The notes beneath the pieces are model-generated. The model had not been told where the DNA came from, made no database searches, and saw only the letters and a program-made list of their open reading frames with translations. A DNA stretch of 64,000 bases from Adineta vaga (Eukaryota; Animalia; Rotifera), in contig CP075492.1 of assembly GCA_021613535.1 (NCBI GenBank), positions 7,688,001 to 7,752,000 of the forward strand. Reading direction: 5' to 3'. Position 1 is the stretch's first letter, and the number at the start of each line of letters is the position of its first letter. Position numbers and translations under genes: made by a program. Below are positions 12,401 through 25,449 of this stretch, piece by piece.

Positions 12401-15400
12401 ACCAAAACGTCGTCAATCGTGTCCAAAAAATAATGAAAATAATACGAATACTAATATAACTACTACAAAAAATGAGGTAACTACTTAAAAAAACCATGAT
12501 TCACATAGTTTTGCACGTAATCAGTCACTTAAACATCATATTTTATAAAAATTTCTTTTAGACGACGAAACGACCTACAAGTGCGAATAGTACAAGTGGT
12601 AATTCTCGTTTAACAGCAGCAGCAGTAACAACGAACAACTCATCAAATCAACGAGCTCGTTCTCAATCATCATCTACAACTGGTCGACAAACACCGACCA
12701 ATACTCGTCCATCTTTGAAAACTAAACCAAGCAAACAAGTGAATAATTCCAATTCTGTAAAATCAGCTGCACCATCTTCAACTACAAGTAACCTCTTAGG
12801 TAAAGTTGATTTAGATGATGAAGACGATTTATTAACAAAGTATCAATCAAAAAAAGTTCCAACGGAATTAAATCATCGTGAAGATAAATTTCATTCGAAT
12901 ATTCAAACAGTGATTGATACAAAATGGAATACGTATAAATCATCATTACATCATAGTGAAGATGAACAAGATATTAACCATGGTAATGATGATGCTCGTA
13001 ATGATGATGACGATGAAATCGATTTATATTCAACAGCTCGACAACGTACATCAAGTCGCAGTAGTGGCATCCAATCAAAAGTTTCATATGTGCAACCGAA
13101 AAAGGTATGATTTAAAATCGAGTAGTTCAGCAACATTCTTTATTGTACTGTTATTTACTTTAGGATCTCGATGATTTTGAAAAAATTGAACAGTATGTTG
13201 AAGAACATCCATCCATGATTAGTACTGCTTCCTATGTGGAGAAAGTTGTTTTTAAAGTAAGATTGTATTTTCTAAAACAAGACATTGAAATTTTTATCAT
13301 TCGTTTCCTTTTGTCTATTGTTTACGTAGGATCATCAACAAACGAAAACAGCGGATTTATTTGTTAATCGTTTAACTCGTTTTCATGACGAAATTGAAGA
13401 TGATGAAACTCATTTACATCATGAAGAAACAACTGATATATTAATAAATTCAAATCGTATTCGACAGCGAAAAGTTATTCCATTTAAAAATAAAGTGAAT
13501 GCTCGTATTGAACAATTAACAGCTACGGCTGTCCTAGCTAGTGACAAAGACGAGGATAATGATGATGACGATGACGACGACAATGATGATGATAATGATG
13601 ATGATGATGAAGATCGTAAATGGGATGATATTGGTGTTGCTAAGATCATACCTGTTACTGGTGATGAATATAATAGTGACAGTGGTATTAGTTCGTTTAA
13701 AACTGACTTTCCAAAACAACAACAACAACAACAGCAACATAAGAAAGATTCTGCTCGTTCATCGGATTTTGGTGATGATCATTCATGGGCTGATCGTGTT
13801 ATGACAGCACCACAACCATCATCACAACTTAATTCATTAATGCTTAATACATTTCCTGGTTTACGACATAATATACCAAAATCAGCACCTATACCAGCTC
13901 CACCACCACCACCTCCACCACCATCACAGATTTTGTCTGAACATAATCAAGATTATAGTCGTTTAGTACGTGAAAAAGCCAAAGAACTCGAGAAACAAAT
14001 TGAAATATTTGAAAAAGAAAATTCGAAATTAAAATCCCTTTGTGATGAACGAAACGCAGCAATTAAAAAACTCAAACAAGATCGTGATGATTTCGAAAAA
14101 GGTAAACAAAGAGATTTAGAAGAATTTAATCAAATGAGAGATGAAGAAATGAAAAAATTGAAACAAGAAAAACGTTTATTTGAACAACATCGACAACAAC
14201 TTCGTGACCATCCCGATAAGCGTGAACGAGAAGAAATTGAAACACTAAAAAAACAAGTAAGCACAAAGTGAAGAAGAATAAAAAACGAAAGACAAATCTC
14301 TCGCATTGATTTCTTTTAGGTATTAACATTACAAGAAGATTTAAAACAACGTGAAACACGTTGGTCAACAACAATCAATCGTTTAAAAGAACGTATGGAA
14401 ACATTAGAATATGAAAATGCTGAATTAAAACAAGAAAAAGAAATTATTGAACGAAAACGATTAGACCTTATGCATCAGTTACAAACAATGCCGAAACTAC
14501 AACAACAACAACAACAACAACTGTCACAAGATGATACATTATCATTGTCAACAGCAAGAAAATCAATTGCAGAATTTTCTCAACCAAAACAACGACCGAA
14601 AAGTAATGTAACGACAACATCGAAAGCTCAATCATTACCAAAAACCATGGTGGTGAGAAATTCTGAACCATCAATGAAGCCAAAAGTTGCTTCCAATGGA
14701 CGACGAACTCCGACTACAACGACAACTGTCGGTGTAAATGGTATTAAGAATAATGTTGATACATCACGAAAATTATCGTCCATGCCAGCAACAAAACGTC
14801 CGCCATCCATGAATGAATTCGGTGGAACAATTGAATCAATACCAATGCCAATAACTATTGAACAACCATTGGCAATATCAGAAAGAGCTGATTCAGGAAA
14901 TGGAGAAAGTGATGAAGATATCAATCGATTTGATCGAGCCAATGATGATCGTATTTCACCGTAAGTAGTTCTTGTTTTTCTGTACATATTCTTCATTAAA
15001 CATTAATTTTTCTTCACAGCTCTCTATCATCTCTTCTTAATTCTGATTATCCAAAATCTTTCGTTGATGATGAAGAATTCGATCAGCCAGCTACTCTTGA
15101 TTATAAATCATTATTAACGATGGCATCACGTACATCATCATCAGCCACAACACTTCTCAAAAGACATCAAGAAACTTTATCACTTCTTGATCAACCACAA
15201 ATCAAACGACAACCATTAACAATGAGTAATAATGATTCAATCAATCCTACACCTCGTTTCACAATTCCAATGAATACAAAAGGGATAACATTTAAAGAAA
15301 ATCTTCCATCATTATCAAATGATGGTATCATCGAAGAAATTCGTCATAATGATGGACGTATTGAACGTATTAAATCAGATCAATCGAAACAAATCATCTT

Positions 15401-15878
15401 TCCAAATGGTTCCAAACAAGATATTAGTGCTGATGGTAAACAGATACGTGTTCAATTCTATAATGGTGATTATAAAGAAAAATTACCTGATGGTCGTTGC
15501 GTATATAAATATGCGAGTACAAATACAACTGAAACAGAATATCCAGATGGAACGCGTATATGTGAATTTGCCAATGGACAAATTGAAAAACATTTACCTG
15601 ATGGAAAACAAGAACATATATTACCTGATAAAACAAAAAATATCTATTTACCTGATGGAACTATAATTTCAATAAAAACGAATGGAGAAAAATTTATTCA
15701 ACATCCAAATCAAACGAAAGAAGTACATACGGATACATATAAAAGAAAATTATTTCCAAATGGTTCTATTTTAACAGTATTTAATACAGGCGAACAAGAA
15801 ATTCGTTATGCAAATGGAAAAATAAAAATTAAAGATGCACAGGGCAATATTATTGTGGAAAAAAAGACTCCGAAATAA
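9469..15878 (+). CDS. CENPJ: centriolar protein CENP-J/CPAP/SAS-4 (multi-exon; intron 10872-12308 hosts another gene)
   Basis: PN2-3-like segment (IDDIPV...YSEYIHQKLQTE|...KRPFLRKRQGL), coiled coil (LEKQIEIFEKEN...REEIETLKKQ...ETRWS) and C-terminal TCP10/G-box repeats (FPNG, FYNGD, YPDG, HLPDG). Confidence 0.88.
11206..11217 (+). promoter_or_regulatory. TATA box of the nested RING gene
   Basis: TATATATAAATA about 50 nt upstream of the ATG at 11265. Confidence 0.5.
11265..12173 (+). CDS. TRIM-like RING finger (C3HC4) plus B-box-like protein, nested in a CENPJ intron
   Basis: Exon 1 MNTSLQSNICNSNNVSNTD, intron 11323-11388 (gtaagt...taag), then CPICLDC...LPCQHVICYLC...CPLCR and CSKC...CPCCDYHLCEKC; basic PKKQMR, poly-D tract; AATAAA just after the stop. 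Confidence 0.85.
13555..13610 (+). repeat. imperfect (GAT/GAC)n trinucleotide repeat encoding poly-Asp in CENPJ
   Basis: gataatgatgatgacgatgacgacgacaatgatgatgataatgatgatgatgatgaa. Confidence 0.8.
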
Positions 15879-16610
15879 ATCAAAACAGTTTTCTTTTCTT
15901 CTTCTTCTTGTTGTTTCTCAGGTAGTTATTCTATGTGTGCTTGTGGAAATCCGTCCAACTTTCTCTTCTTTTTTTCTACTCTCGGCAAGTTCAATGTATT
16001 ATTATTCTATCTTAATACTCTTTGTAAGGTTTTTCTTTCTCATTTAATGATTGTATAAACAATCGTAGAATAATAAATTTATCGTATAAATGCAATATGA
16101 TAAGTATTCCATGCTTTGTTAGTGAAGTCTATAGATCAGATTATTGCATGAAATTTCATTCTGTGCGCAGGAAACGAGATGACGAAGAGAGCATGTTCTA
16201 TACTAGACTAGTATATAAAAAAGTACGAAATCTGATTGTCAGGAGCGTGCTTGTCCCTATTGTGGAAAGTGTCGTGACTGATATTGGCAATTAAATGATG
16301 TTAAAATATTTTGAATACAATAGTGGAAATGTAAAAAAATGATTCTAAAAATAATAGTTCATATGAGAGTAATCAATGGTGGAAAATGATCTAATAAAAA
16401 TTTGTACATAGATATGCACTGCATTATTAATTTTAAAAGGCTTTTGTCGTTCTAAATGAATATAATCTTGAATGTATGAGAAGATTTTAATGTATAATCT
16501 ATCAATAGAAATCACTTTTTCAAACTTCACTAGTTTTCACACTTTGCAAACTAAGAAATCGTTTAAACTATGAATATTTTAAAACAGTTTATGCGCATCA
16601 CTCGGCGATT

Positions 16611-17570
16611 TTAATTTTCGTCATTATTGCCCTCAATTTCTTCAGCATTGTCATCATCATCATAATCGTCGTCGTCATAATATTCATTATAATCAGGATC
16701 ATAATTAAACTCATCATCACTCTTTCAGTTTATAGTCACGACAGGTAAAGCAACCTTCGGATCTTCATTGATTTTTGTAATCATAGTTTTAAATAAAGGT
16801 CCAATACTTTTATATCTTTCAGAATATTATGAAAGTCAATAAATGAGAAATTGTTATATGAAGATGGAATATCCAGACTAAATCCGATCACATTTGGAAT
16901 ACACAGTAAAAATGAATCAAGCCACTTCAATGTTGTGTAACGATCGAATTGAAGCTTTATAGTAGACGCAGTTGATGATGAAGAATGCCGCGAAAATGAT
17001 GTGTTGCAGTTGGCACGAAAAATGGATGTTTGTCATCTTCAGACATGGAACGGATTTCAACTAGCTGCATATTAGCAGTTTAACACTGCGAAGTGTTGGA
17101 CAAGAAACAGTTGGAGTATTGGTCAATCCTTAGCATAACATCGAACAAGTTGTCTGGCATAGTGATACTCGTTAGGTTCTATGAACTCATTCCAAGCAAA
17201 TTTATCCCAAGCGAATTCTATAAATTGCAAGCGAGGTAGTTTTGCTGGATTGATGTCAGACAATGAAAATGGATATGCAATGCCGAGAACTCGAAGAATT
17301 CGAAGATAGGGAAAGTAAGGAATGCATGGAAACCATCGTCTCGTAAGGACCAGTGGAACAACTTGACTGCGTAGAAACAGAGTAGCTTCGGCGTAATCTT
17401 TAGTAACGTTTCTCTGTACAAGGCGTATCGTATAATCAAGCGAGAGAACAAGTTTATTGAATCGCGCATTGATGTTTAACGAACTACTGACTAAATCATC
17501 TGGTGATAGTTCTAATAGAAATTCTCGAAGAATTTCGTTCGGTAAATCTTCAATACAAGTCGGTGAAATT
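16611..17570 (-). pseudogene. F-box protein pseudogene
   Basis: Manual translation gives an F-box (IEDLPNEILREFLLELSPDDLVSSSLNINARFNKLV). Protein-like segments then continue in shifting frames (TPTVSCPTLRSVKLLIC; KWLDSFLLCIPNV; RYKSIGPLFK...) with stops at about 17123-17125 and 16725-16727, ending in an acidic tail. Confidence 0.7.
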
Positions 17571-19183
17571 ATGTGATTTTAATATATTATCTAGAAAGTA
17601 ACATAACATAAGTCTTGATGTAAGATTAAAGATGAGAAAGAATGATAGTTTTACTCATTGGAATTTTTCTGTCACTGAATACGAACAAATTTGCTTATAC
17701 TATGTGTTTTCTTTTTTTTGATTTTCATCGAAATAGACCCTTGGAATTAAGATAGAAAATATTTCTGATAGGGTGATACATCGAATATAGAACGTAAAAG
17801 TCTCAAAAGAAACGAGAAAAATAAAAGAAAATATTGCATACATGTACGAAGGTAAAGTCGTGTATGTAAGAATAGCATCATGAATGATTATATATCTCTA
17901 TAGTTTTGGAGATACCCCTTATCTCATATAGTTGTAACCATGGTTTTGTTGTCTACGATTACTTTGTGATCTTCTTGATATGTGTCATCTTTATACCACT
18001 GAAACTGACGAACTTTTACTTGAATTTTTTCACTCTTTCATCATAAGAGGTTCCACATTAATCAACTCCCCCTTTACTACAACAAAATAGACATCGTTTG
18101 TTAAAAACATATCGATAAATTTGAAGTATTGATTGAGTCATTTAAAGCGTATTTCGGTTTAAATTAGTCAAGATTTTATTATTCTCATTAAATAATATCA
18201 TGAATGTAACGACTCGACTAAATCTCTACTGAAGGTTATAAAAAAATACGAGGAAACCTGTTAACATACATATTTTTAAGCTCTACAATTTCTTTTATGA
18301 ATCGCTCGTCCACAAAATATTCTTTTCACATGTTTCGTTATAAACATTGATAGAAAAAAAAACCATTACCAATTTCTTTTTCTTCTTCCTTCATGAATAA
18401 AATCAGCTCGATATTATGCATGAAATCAAATGAAAGTCTTGCAAAGTTGATAAACAAAAATAGGCGTAGTGTAATCGTGATCGAAAGAAAGAAAGAAGAG
18501 AAGAGAAGAAAGAAAGAAAGAGCTCCATAATAGACATGCCAACATATAATAAAAATAGAAAACGACATTACAACAACAACAACATTTCACCATCCATAAA
18601 GGTAAGATGTCAAAATCGAAATGTATCTTTAAACGAAAGGAATGTTCGAAATTTATCGAAAAAAAACATATCTTTTTTTTTCTATGAGTAGTAATTAATA
18701 CTTCTTAATTTGCATATTCTTATCTGATCAGTTTTCAATCAAACGAACGAAACAATCATATGCGATTGATATCGGACAGGTGTACGATATAGAACAAAAC
18801 CGAGAGATAGAGAATTCATATTCATTTCGAATAGTAGGAAGAAATATGTATACGTATATGCCTACCAATAATGATCTCTATGAAATACCATCGAAATTCG
18901 ACAAACTTTTTCATCCACATCAGTATTACGATGAAGAAGATAATTTCATCAAGTAATTCATTATTTTTCATATTATGTAGTATTCGAGACGCATAAAGAA
19001 CATATTTGTTTTTTGTCTGTCTATTGAGTAATCCAATTGTTTTGCTTCTCGTTCTTTTTCTTTTATGAATGAACTCATCAAACACACGTCCGAACATGTA
19101 TGTGAATTGATAATAAAAGCGAGTTCACACTTAAACTAATCGAAGGCTATTCATTTTAAATCATATCTAGTTTCGAGATTTAA

Positions 19184-20142
19184 ATGATGGATCATAAATG
19201 TAATTCAATAGGTAAGATTCAGATATTTATGTCTAGTAGAAATGAAGAGCTCAATTCATTTTCAAATTATCATCGTGAAAGTTGTTAGATGAGATAGTCC
19301 TATTTTATATAAGATGTTTTATACACTTGTTAAGTTATTTTCGTATACAGATGCACAGTGAGTTATTCTTATGTTTTTTTTGTTGAGGATATATTTGTTT
19401 ATGACGATGATTTAGAGAACAATTGAACGATTTACCAACGAAATTGCAAGGACTTGACAATTATTGTCCATCATCTATTGATTTTATTCGTACAACAACA
19501 CCATCTTCTCGTGATAGTGGTATTCCTATTCGATCAACATCAACATCATCGTGTACTTCACCTAGTATTGAAACAAAACACACCAGCAAATCTTCAACTG
19601 GACGTGTTCTCGAATTTTTTCTTCATCCACCTGCTCGTCATCTGAATCATTCTGTAAAGAGACCAATGTCTTCTATCTATGACTTAACTTCACATCCTCA
19701 TCATAGTTCATCTCCTCGGCGTAGTGTTCATTGGAATGAACAATCAATGATTTCATCAAAAGAAGAAATAGATCATCTAAATTCTCATGGGAAAAAATCT
19801 GGTCGACATATATTATTGAATGCTAGTTTACCATTCTATTCCAAATTGAATATTCGTATTCGTACTCGTCGTGATGAAAATAATGAAAATGATCATGTTA
19901 CAGCAACTGCAAAAATTGAACGAATAGATCCACGACGTGATCATAAACATATCGATTCATTACGCAATGCTCATTTTCATCATTATTCAACATTATCATC
20001 AAATGAAAGTCGACGTACTGATTCTTCTATTTTAGACAAGCGTTTACCAACACATCATCAAGTTTCCTTACCTGCAGATTTGCCTATTAATCAACAACTT
20101 GTTTTATATATTAATAATGGAGAAGTTTATGCTAGATGTTAA
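19184..20142 (+). CDS. Ser/His/Arg-rich protein of unknown function; includes a 7-nt microexon (19351-19357)
   Basis: Exons 19184-19211, 19351-19357 and 19416-20142 join in frame (MMDHKCNSIDAQEQLNDLPTK...); C-terminus QQLVLYINNGEVYARC*; AATAAA downstream. Confidence 0.7.
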
Positions 20143-20288
20143 ACTGACTTTCAATTATATACTTTTATCTTCACTAATAAATCTTTTCTTCTTTCTCTTG
20201 TTTTGTTCTTTCATCAATTAAACATATGTTCTCATTCTCATCGTCACTGAGTAGTTTTCAGTAAAACTACCATTTTATCATAGACAAT

Positions 20289-21331
20289 ATGTTTCGTTAC
20301 ATCAATCTAATTTTCATTGTTTTAATTCTTCATCATATTCCTGGAGAATCAAAAGATACAAATTATTATACCTTTGCTCTTCTATCCGATATTCATATAG
20401 GAGATACAGGTGCTAATGCTTTAGGTAGAGCTCGTTCAGCAGTCACGAAAATCAATCAACTTGCTGCAAATGCATCAACGAATTTACAAGCTGTTTTTAT
20501 TACTGGCGATCTAACAAATTCAGCAATGCCATCTCAATATGATACAGTTCGGGATGTTTTAAATAATTTAACTGTACCTTATTTTCCAATTATTGGCAAT
20601 CATGATCAATGGTTATACAATTCAACATGGGAAGATACAGCACCTGTAGGTGATCAACTATTTGCTAAAACATTTGAACATATTCTCAATCAATCTAATA
20701 TTATCAATTATCCCAATGGAACTGTATGGAATCCAACACATTCGTGTTCATCATGGTTTCAAAATTATCGTTTACAAATATATAATAATGTAAAGTTTTT
20801 CAATTTTCTATTCTTTTCTCTATGACTAATTTCATACAGATTTTCATTGCACTCGATTGGAATAGTCGTCATCATGCTGCTGCATCACTTGGTTATAAAG
20901 GTTCAATGCCCGGTGCTGACTTATATGATTTTCCTGGTGGAACATTTTCATGGTTCGAAACTCAATTAGGACAAGTTGAGAAACAAAACTCAACGATTGT
21001 TCTTTTACAACATCAACCCTATCGTGCACCATTCTATATTCCTGGTGAAATTTATGCATTTGGTGAAGCAAAACGTTTACGCGTTGAACATCTATTACGT
21101 CAGCATTCATCATTGAAATATTTCGGTGTTTTTGCTGGACATTTTCATATGTGGTCAGATGGCAAAGCATTTGATACTATGCCAAAATTTCGACAATTTG
21201 AAACCGATGCTTGTAAAGTTGCACAAGCAATTGCTTTAGTCACCGCAAATATGCAAACAGGAGAAATTATGAAAATTGAAAAACTCTATGGCGATGAACC
21301 AACATATGAAAATGAAGAACTAGAAAGTTGA
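20289..21331 (+). CDS. secreted calcineurin-like metallophosphoesterase (CpdA/Icc-like); one intron about 20790-20840
   Basis: Signal peptide; motifs SDIHIG, ITGDLT, IGNHD, LLQHQP and AGHFH. Confidence 0.88.
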
Positions 21332-21412
21332 AAAAAAAATAAAGATAATTTCATTATATTATGTTTTGATAAAAATACACGAAAAAAAGAGAGGAATTCA
21401 AATCATATACTT

Positions 21413-21874
21413 TCAAGTACAAATAAGACCAACATGAGTAAAACGATTACATGATAAAGATTGACTAAATAATGGAGGAAAACGACATTCATCTAAATTA
21501 ATTGCTGATTCAGCACAATTGATCTGATGTATGATATATTCACATGGTATGACACTTTTATACGATTCAGTATTCATAATACATTCTTGTCCAGAACCAC
21601 TAGCTGGTTCTTGCCATTCAATATTAGAAACAAGGACAGCATTTCGAAAATTTTGTGAACGACATGCTGCATTAGCAGCATTTTGATCGAAACCAATTTG
21701 ACATACCATACCTTCGACACTGAATGGAATAGATCTTGATGAACCTTGAGCTAAGAGATAAACTCGAATGCGAAGTGGTGATGTTCGTGATTGTGCATTC
21801 AAATTGTAGAGACTATTCGCTGTGATCGATGCACAGATGGCTAAAAATACGAGAACGATGAAATTGCTTTGCAT
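21413..21874 (-). CDS. secreted single SRCR (scavenger receptor cysteine-rich) domain protein
   Basis: Signal peptide MQSNFIVLVFLAICASITA; GMVCQIGFDQNAANAACRS...INCAESAINLDEC...C...HVGLICT; intronless; TATA-like element at about 21934-21944. Confidence 0.8.
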   Translation of the reverse strand: MQSNFIVLVFLAICASITANSLYNLNAQSRTSPLRIRVYLLAQGSSRSIPFSVEGMVCQIGFDQNAANAACRSQNFRNAVLVSNIEWQEPASGSGQECIMNTESYKSVIPCEYIIHQINCAESAINLDECRFPPLFSQSLSCNRFTHVGLICT

Positions 21875-22210
21875 TGTACTGGCAATGAGAAGATGTTGAA
21901 AGTGAAATGCTGTCAAATTAATTCATAGCCTCTTTTATATAAAAAGTTCGCTTCATAGATTAGTCAATGAATTGTTCTAGTATATTTCTCATAATTAAGA
22001 TCGTAGATGTCAGGTTTTCAAAATACAAAACAGACCTGACAACCACCATCCGTTCCTCCTACACTTGCCTTTCCATTGATATGAAATGTGGTCGTTGTTG
22101 AAATCTTATCAGTCATTATTTTTACATAAGAATAATTTATTTAGGTTTTTTCTCTCTCTTTATAACAAAAACAAAAAACGAATAATATCATTCACCAAAT
22201 CACTGAAAAT

Positions 22211-24562
22211 TCATTGTAATTTCGTATCTTTTAATCTTTCATTATCAGAATTTTCTTGAGATTCAATTTCATCCGTAGTCATCGATGTTGATACTAAACG
22301 ATACATACGATTTCGTTGCCATTTTCTACTTACATATAAAATCATTAAAAATAAACTAATCAATAAACCTAAACCAATAAATAAATAAAATTCAACCAAA
22401 TATTGAATTTTATCCATTAATAACATCGGAAAAATCATCTCACTAAGAAGAATTGTAAATAAAATTAATCGAATAAAGATTTCATTTAAATCTAAATCAC
22501 GTTCGATCCAAGTTAGAAGTAAACTTGCCAATGACATTAAAAGAAATCCCATAGAGAAGAATAGCAAATAAATTTTCGAATGAAATAAATTCAAAAAACT
22601 AATCGTAAATAGAACAATCAAACGAAGAAGTATATGAAATCGAATTGGAATTATAGTCAATGATTTCTTCTTATATTTATCTAATAATAACCACATATAA
22701 TTCATCAATAAATCAATAAAACGACCAGCTAGATAACAAATTTGTAAGATTAAACTTTCCTTTTCCGTTAGATTGAATTTTATACCAAATGAATATGTTA
22801 AATAAATACATAAATTTTCAAAACCTGATAAGATAAAATAGAATAAAAGAATAAGAATAATAAATATCAATGATGATAGATCAGATAATATCGAAATTTG
22901 AGTATTTGAATTACTAATTATTGAATAAGGTTTAAGACATATCAATCCTAATGAATTGACATTTGTTATCGAAGATGAATTGAGATTTTCACCACGCATT
23001 GCTAATATTGAATAGGAAATACCCAAAAGAAAAAAGATACATGTAAGAAATAAATGAAGAATATGAGTATATGTAATTGTTTGAATGAATGAACGAATTT
23101 TTAAATAGAAGAAATTTTGTGACAGATCATCGTTCGCCGAATCAGCTGTTGGAGGTTTATGACGATAAATAACTTGTATATGAGCTTTTGTTCTTGGTAT
23201 CATACTAGTCATGTTTGTTTTGGATACTACAAAGCAACATCGATATTACATTTGCTTAAAATTCAGAAGATAATTCTTACTTATTGGTATTGTACTTGAT
23301 TTCATCGTGTTTTCATTGATAGTTAGATTAGTTAATTCGATTGAACAATTTAATTTCGTTTCATTCGCACATTTTCGATCAATTTGACACCATGTATTAT
23401 TATTTTTATCAGAATAACAAATTTTTGAATCAAATATTTGACATAATGAGAAAACATTTTTACAAATGTTTGATTGATTTTTTTCCGATTCTCGACAAAC
23501 TAATGTATTATTTCTATCATAACAACACGAGGATTTAATACATCGAGCTTTTTCTTTTGCATCAGGTGGTTTTGTATACAATGATCCTGATAAAATATCT
23601 GACGCTACAACTGCTGGTTTGGTTACAATTTTAACAACTGTTGATGATGAATTTAATGTTAATGTTGTTTCATTGATATTTGCACGACGTAATCGTTGAG
23701 AATCTTTTAACATATTTGTTGTTAATGAAATATTAGTATTAGTTGAGATCGTCGATGGAAGTAACATTAATGTTGAAAGAATAGCACCGAAAGCTAAGAA
23801 TAGATGTAACCAACGAATAGTTGATGTTGACGAACGAGTCCATAGACGATTGTAAAGTAGATCAATACCTTGAAAGAAAAATGACGAATAGACAATCGGA
23901 TTATTCTTGTTGTTTTCGTTACCATTGTATGATAAACCAAGACCAATTCCAAGTAATAATGAAGTTAAATAAAATGCAGTTAGATCAGTTATAAATGCAA
24001 GTGAGCAAACACCGAAACTTATTGATAAACACGATAAACCAAGTAAACAACATACATTAAACCTATTTGACGAAAAAAAAAAGAATAAAATTATTCGATC
24101 AAACATTTGTTTTCCTACCATGTATAGAGATATGAACTGAAACAGGTTGCAACTAGGAAACCGAATGCCTTGATAGTAACGAGACGTATAATTGAATGTG
24201 ATTCAGTTGAAAGATTTTCAGCAAGAAAAGGAAATATAGGTCCCAAAAGACCAATAATCATCCCCTATACAATAAATTTCTTTTTCAAAAAAACAAAACA
24301 ACTAAAGAAGAATTTTAATGACGTACAAACGATGTAAACGTAATAGCTAAAAGAATGGTTTTTTCGCGAGATAAATCATTCGGATCATGAGTAGATTCTA
24401 TTGTATTGAATTGATTAAGATCAAGTGAAGTGAGACGAGATATATCATTTGTTGGTGATATGAGATTTCGTTGATCAAGTATGACTGTTTCATCCTCAGT
24501 ATCATCATTAAACTATATGAAGATTAAATATAGGATGTAGAATAAAACTATTTACTTACCAT
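22211..24562 (-). CDS. MFS transporter, MFSD4/NaGLT1-like, with a large cysteine-rich loop
   Basis: ATG-only first coding exon (24562-24560) then FNDDTEDE...; GMIIGLLGPIFPFLA, LLLGIGLG, LHLFLAFGAILS, GFENL...YLTYS, AGRF; about 12 hydrophobic segments. Confidence 0.75.
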
Positions 24563-25017
24563 TTTATCATGAGAAACGATCGACTCCACTTATTTTTCAA
24601 TATGTTTCGAAAGGCAACAGACGTTACTGATGAGTCATGATAAGAATCTCCCATGATAGAAAATGAATGAATGCATGCAAAAAAAGCACTTAAGGAGGAT
24701 AGGTTAAATGCATCTGTTCTCTAGTAGAGAGCGCTATATATGATAACAATGATCAATTTATCGGAATCATTTTATCGTGATGAATTCATTCTCTTTCAAA
24801 CAATTAAATTGTCTTATTAACATTTCAAGAGATACTTGTCACGTCATACTTCTTTTATTTCCGTAAATTATGATTAATGACATAAGACCCATCAAAGTTG
24901 ATCTGAAATAGATAATTGTTTTTTTTCTCCAGTTACTAAAGAATTTATTTAGTTCATATCAAAAGAATGATGAAGACAACATCTATTTTAATGAACGTGC
25001 CAGTTATAAAAGTTTAT

Positions 25018-25449
25018 TTAAGAATTGTCAGGTGTTACGACCCTTGTTGCATATGATCCACCAAGCCAAAATGCTGTAAAAAGTGATGCTATATAGCATA
25101 AGAAATGTGCAACTACCATTAATTTAAATGAATAACCAATTATTGGATCGACATATGATGTATATGCTGCTAAAGTAAAAATGGTTGCGGAAAAAAGACC
25201 TCCAAAGGCCATGGCACGAAGTGATTTAGGGAAAATACTGAGTGCTAATAAAGTTAGAATAAGAATCGAAGCAAGTAATAAAATAAAAGCAATCACTGAA
25301 AGACCAGCGGGCGCTGATGGACAAATATTACAAAACAAGCCGTATGGTGCTGTCCAATTTGATGTACCCAAAGAGATGACACAGAATAAGGCAGCTATGG
25401 TCGTAATCACAGCTGTAATAAGAAGCAAGATTTTTTCGGTGATTTGCAT
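25018..25449 (-). CDS. claudin/PMP22-like four-transmembrane protein
   Basis: Four hydrophobic helices; SLGTSNW...YGLFC motif after TM1 and GYSF motif before TM4; intronless. Confidence 0.7.
   Translation of the reverse strand: MQITEKILLLITAVITTIAALFCVISLGTSNWTAPYGLFCNICPSAPAGLSVIAFILLLASILILTLLALSIFPKSLRAMAFGGLFSATIFTLAAYTSYVDPIIGYSFKLMVVAHFLCYIASLFTAFWLGGSYATRVVTPDNS

Noticed and set aside
15300-15840. Periodic cctgatgga/ccaaatgg repeats
   Set aside because: Explained by the PDG/PNG G-box repeats of the CENPJ TCP10 domain; not a CRISPR array or satellite.
16199-16215. Short inverted repeat tatactag-a-ctagtata
   Set aside because: An 8-bp AT-rich stem is expected by chance; no target-site duplication or second copy was seen.
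22008-22041. Hairpin tgtcagg...cctgaca upstream of the SRCR gene
   Set aside because: The stem is too short and unique to call an ncRNA or MITE.
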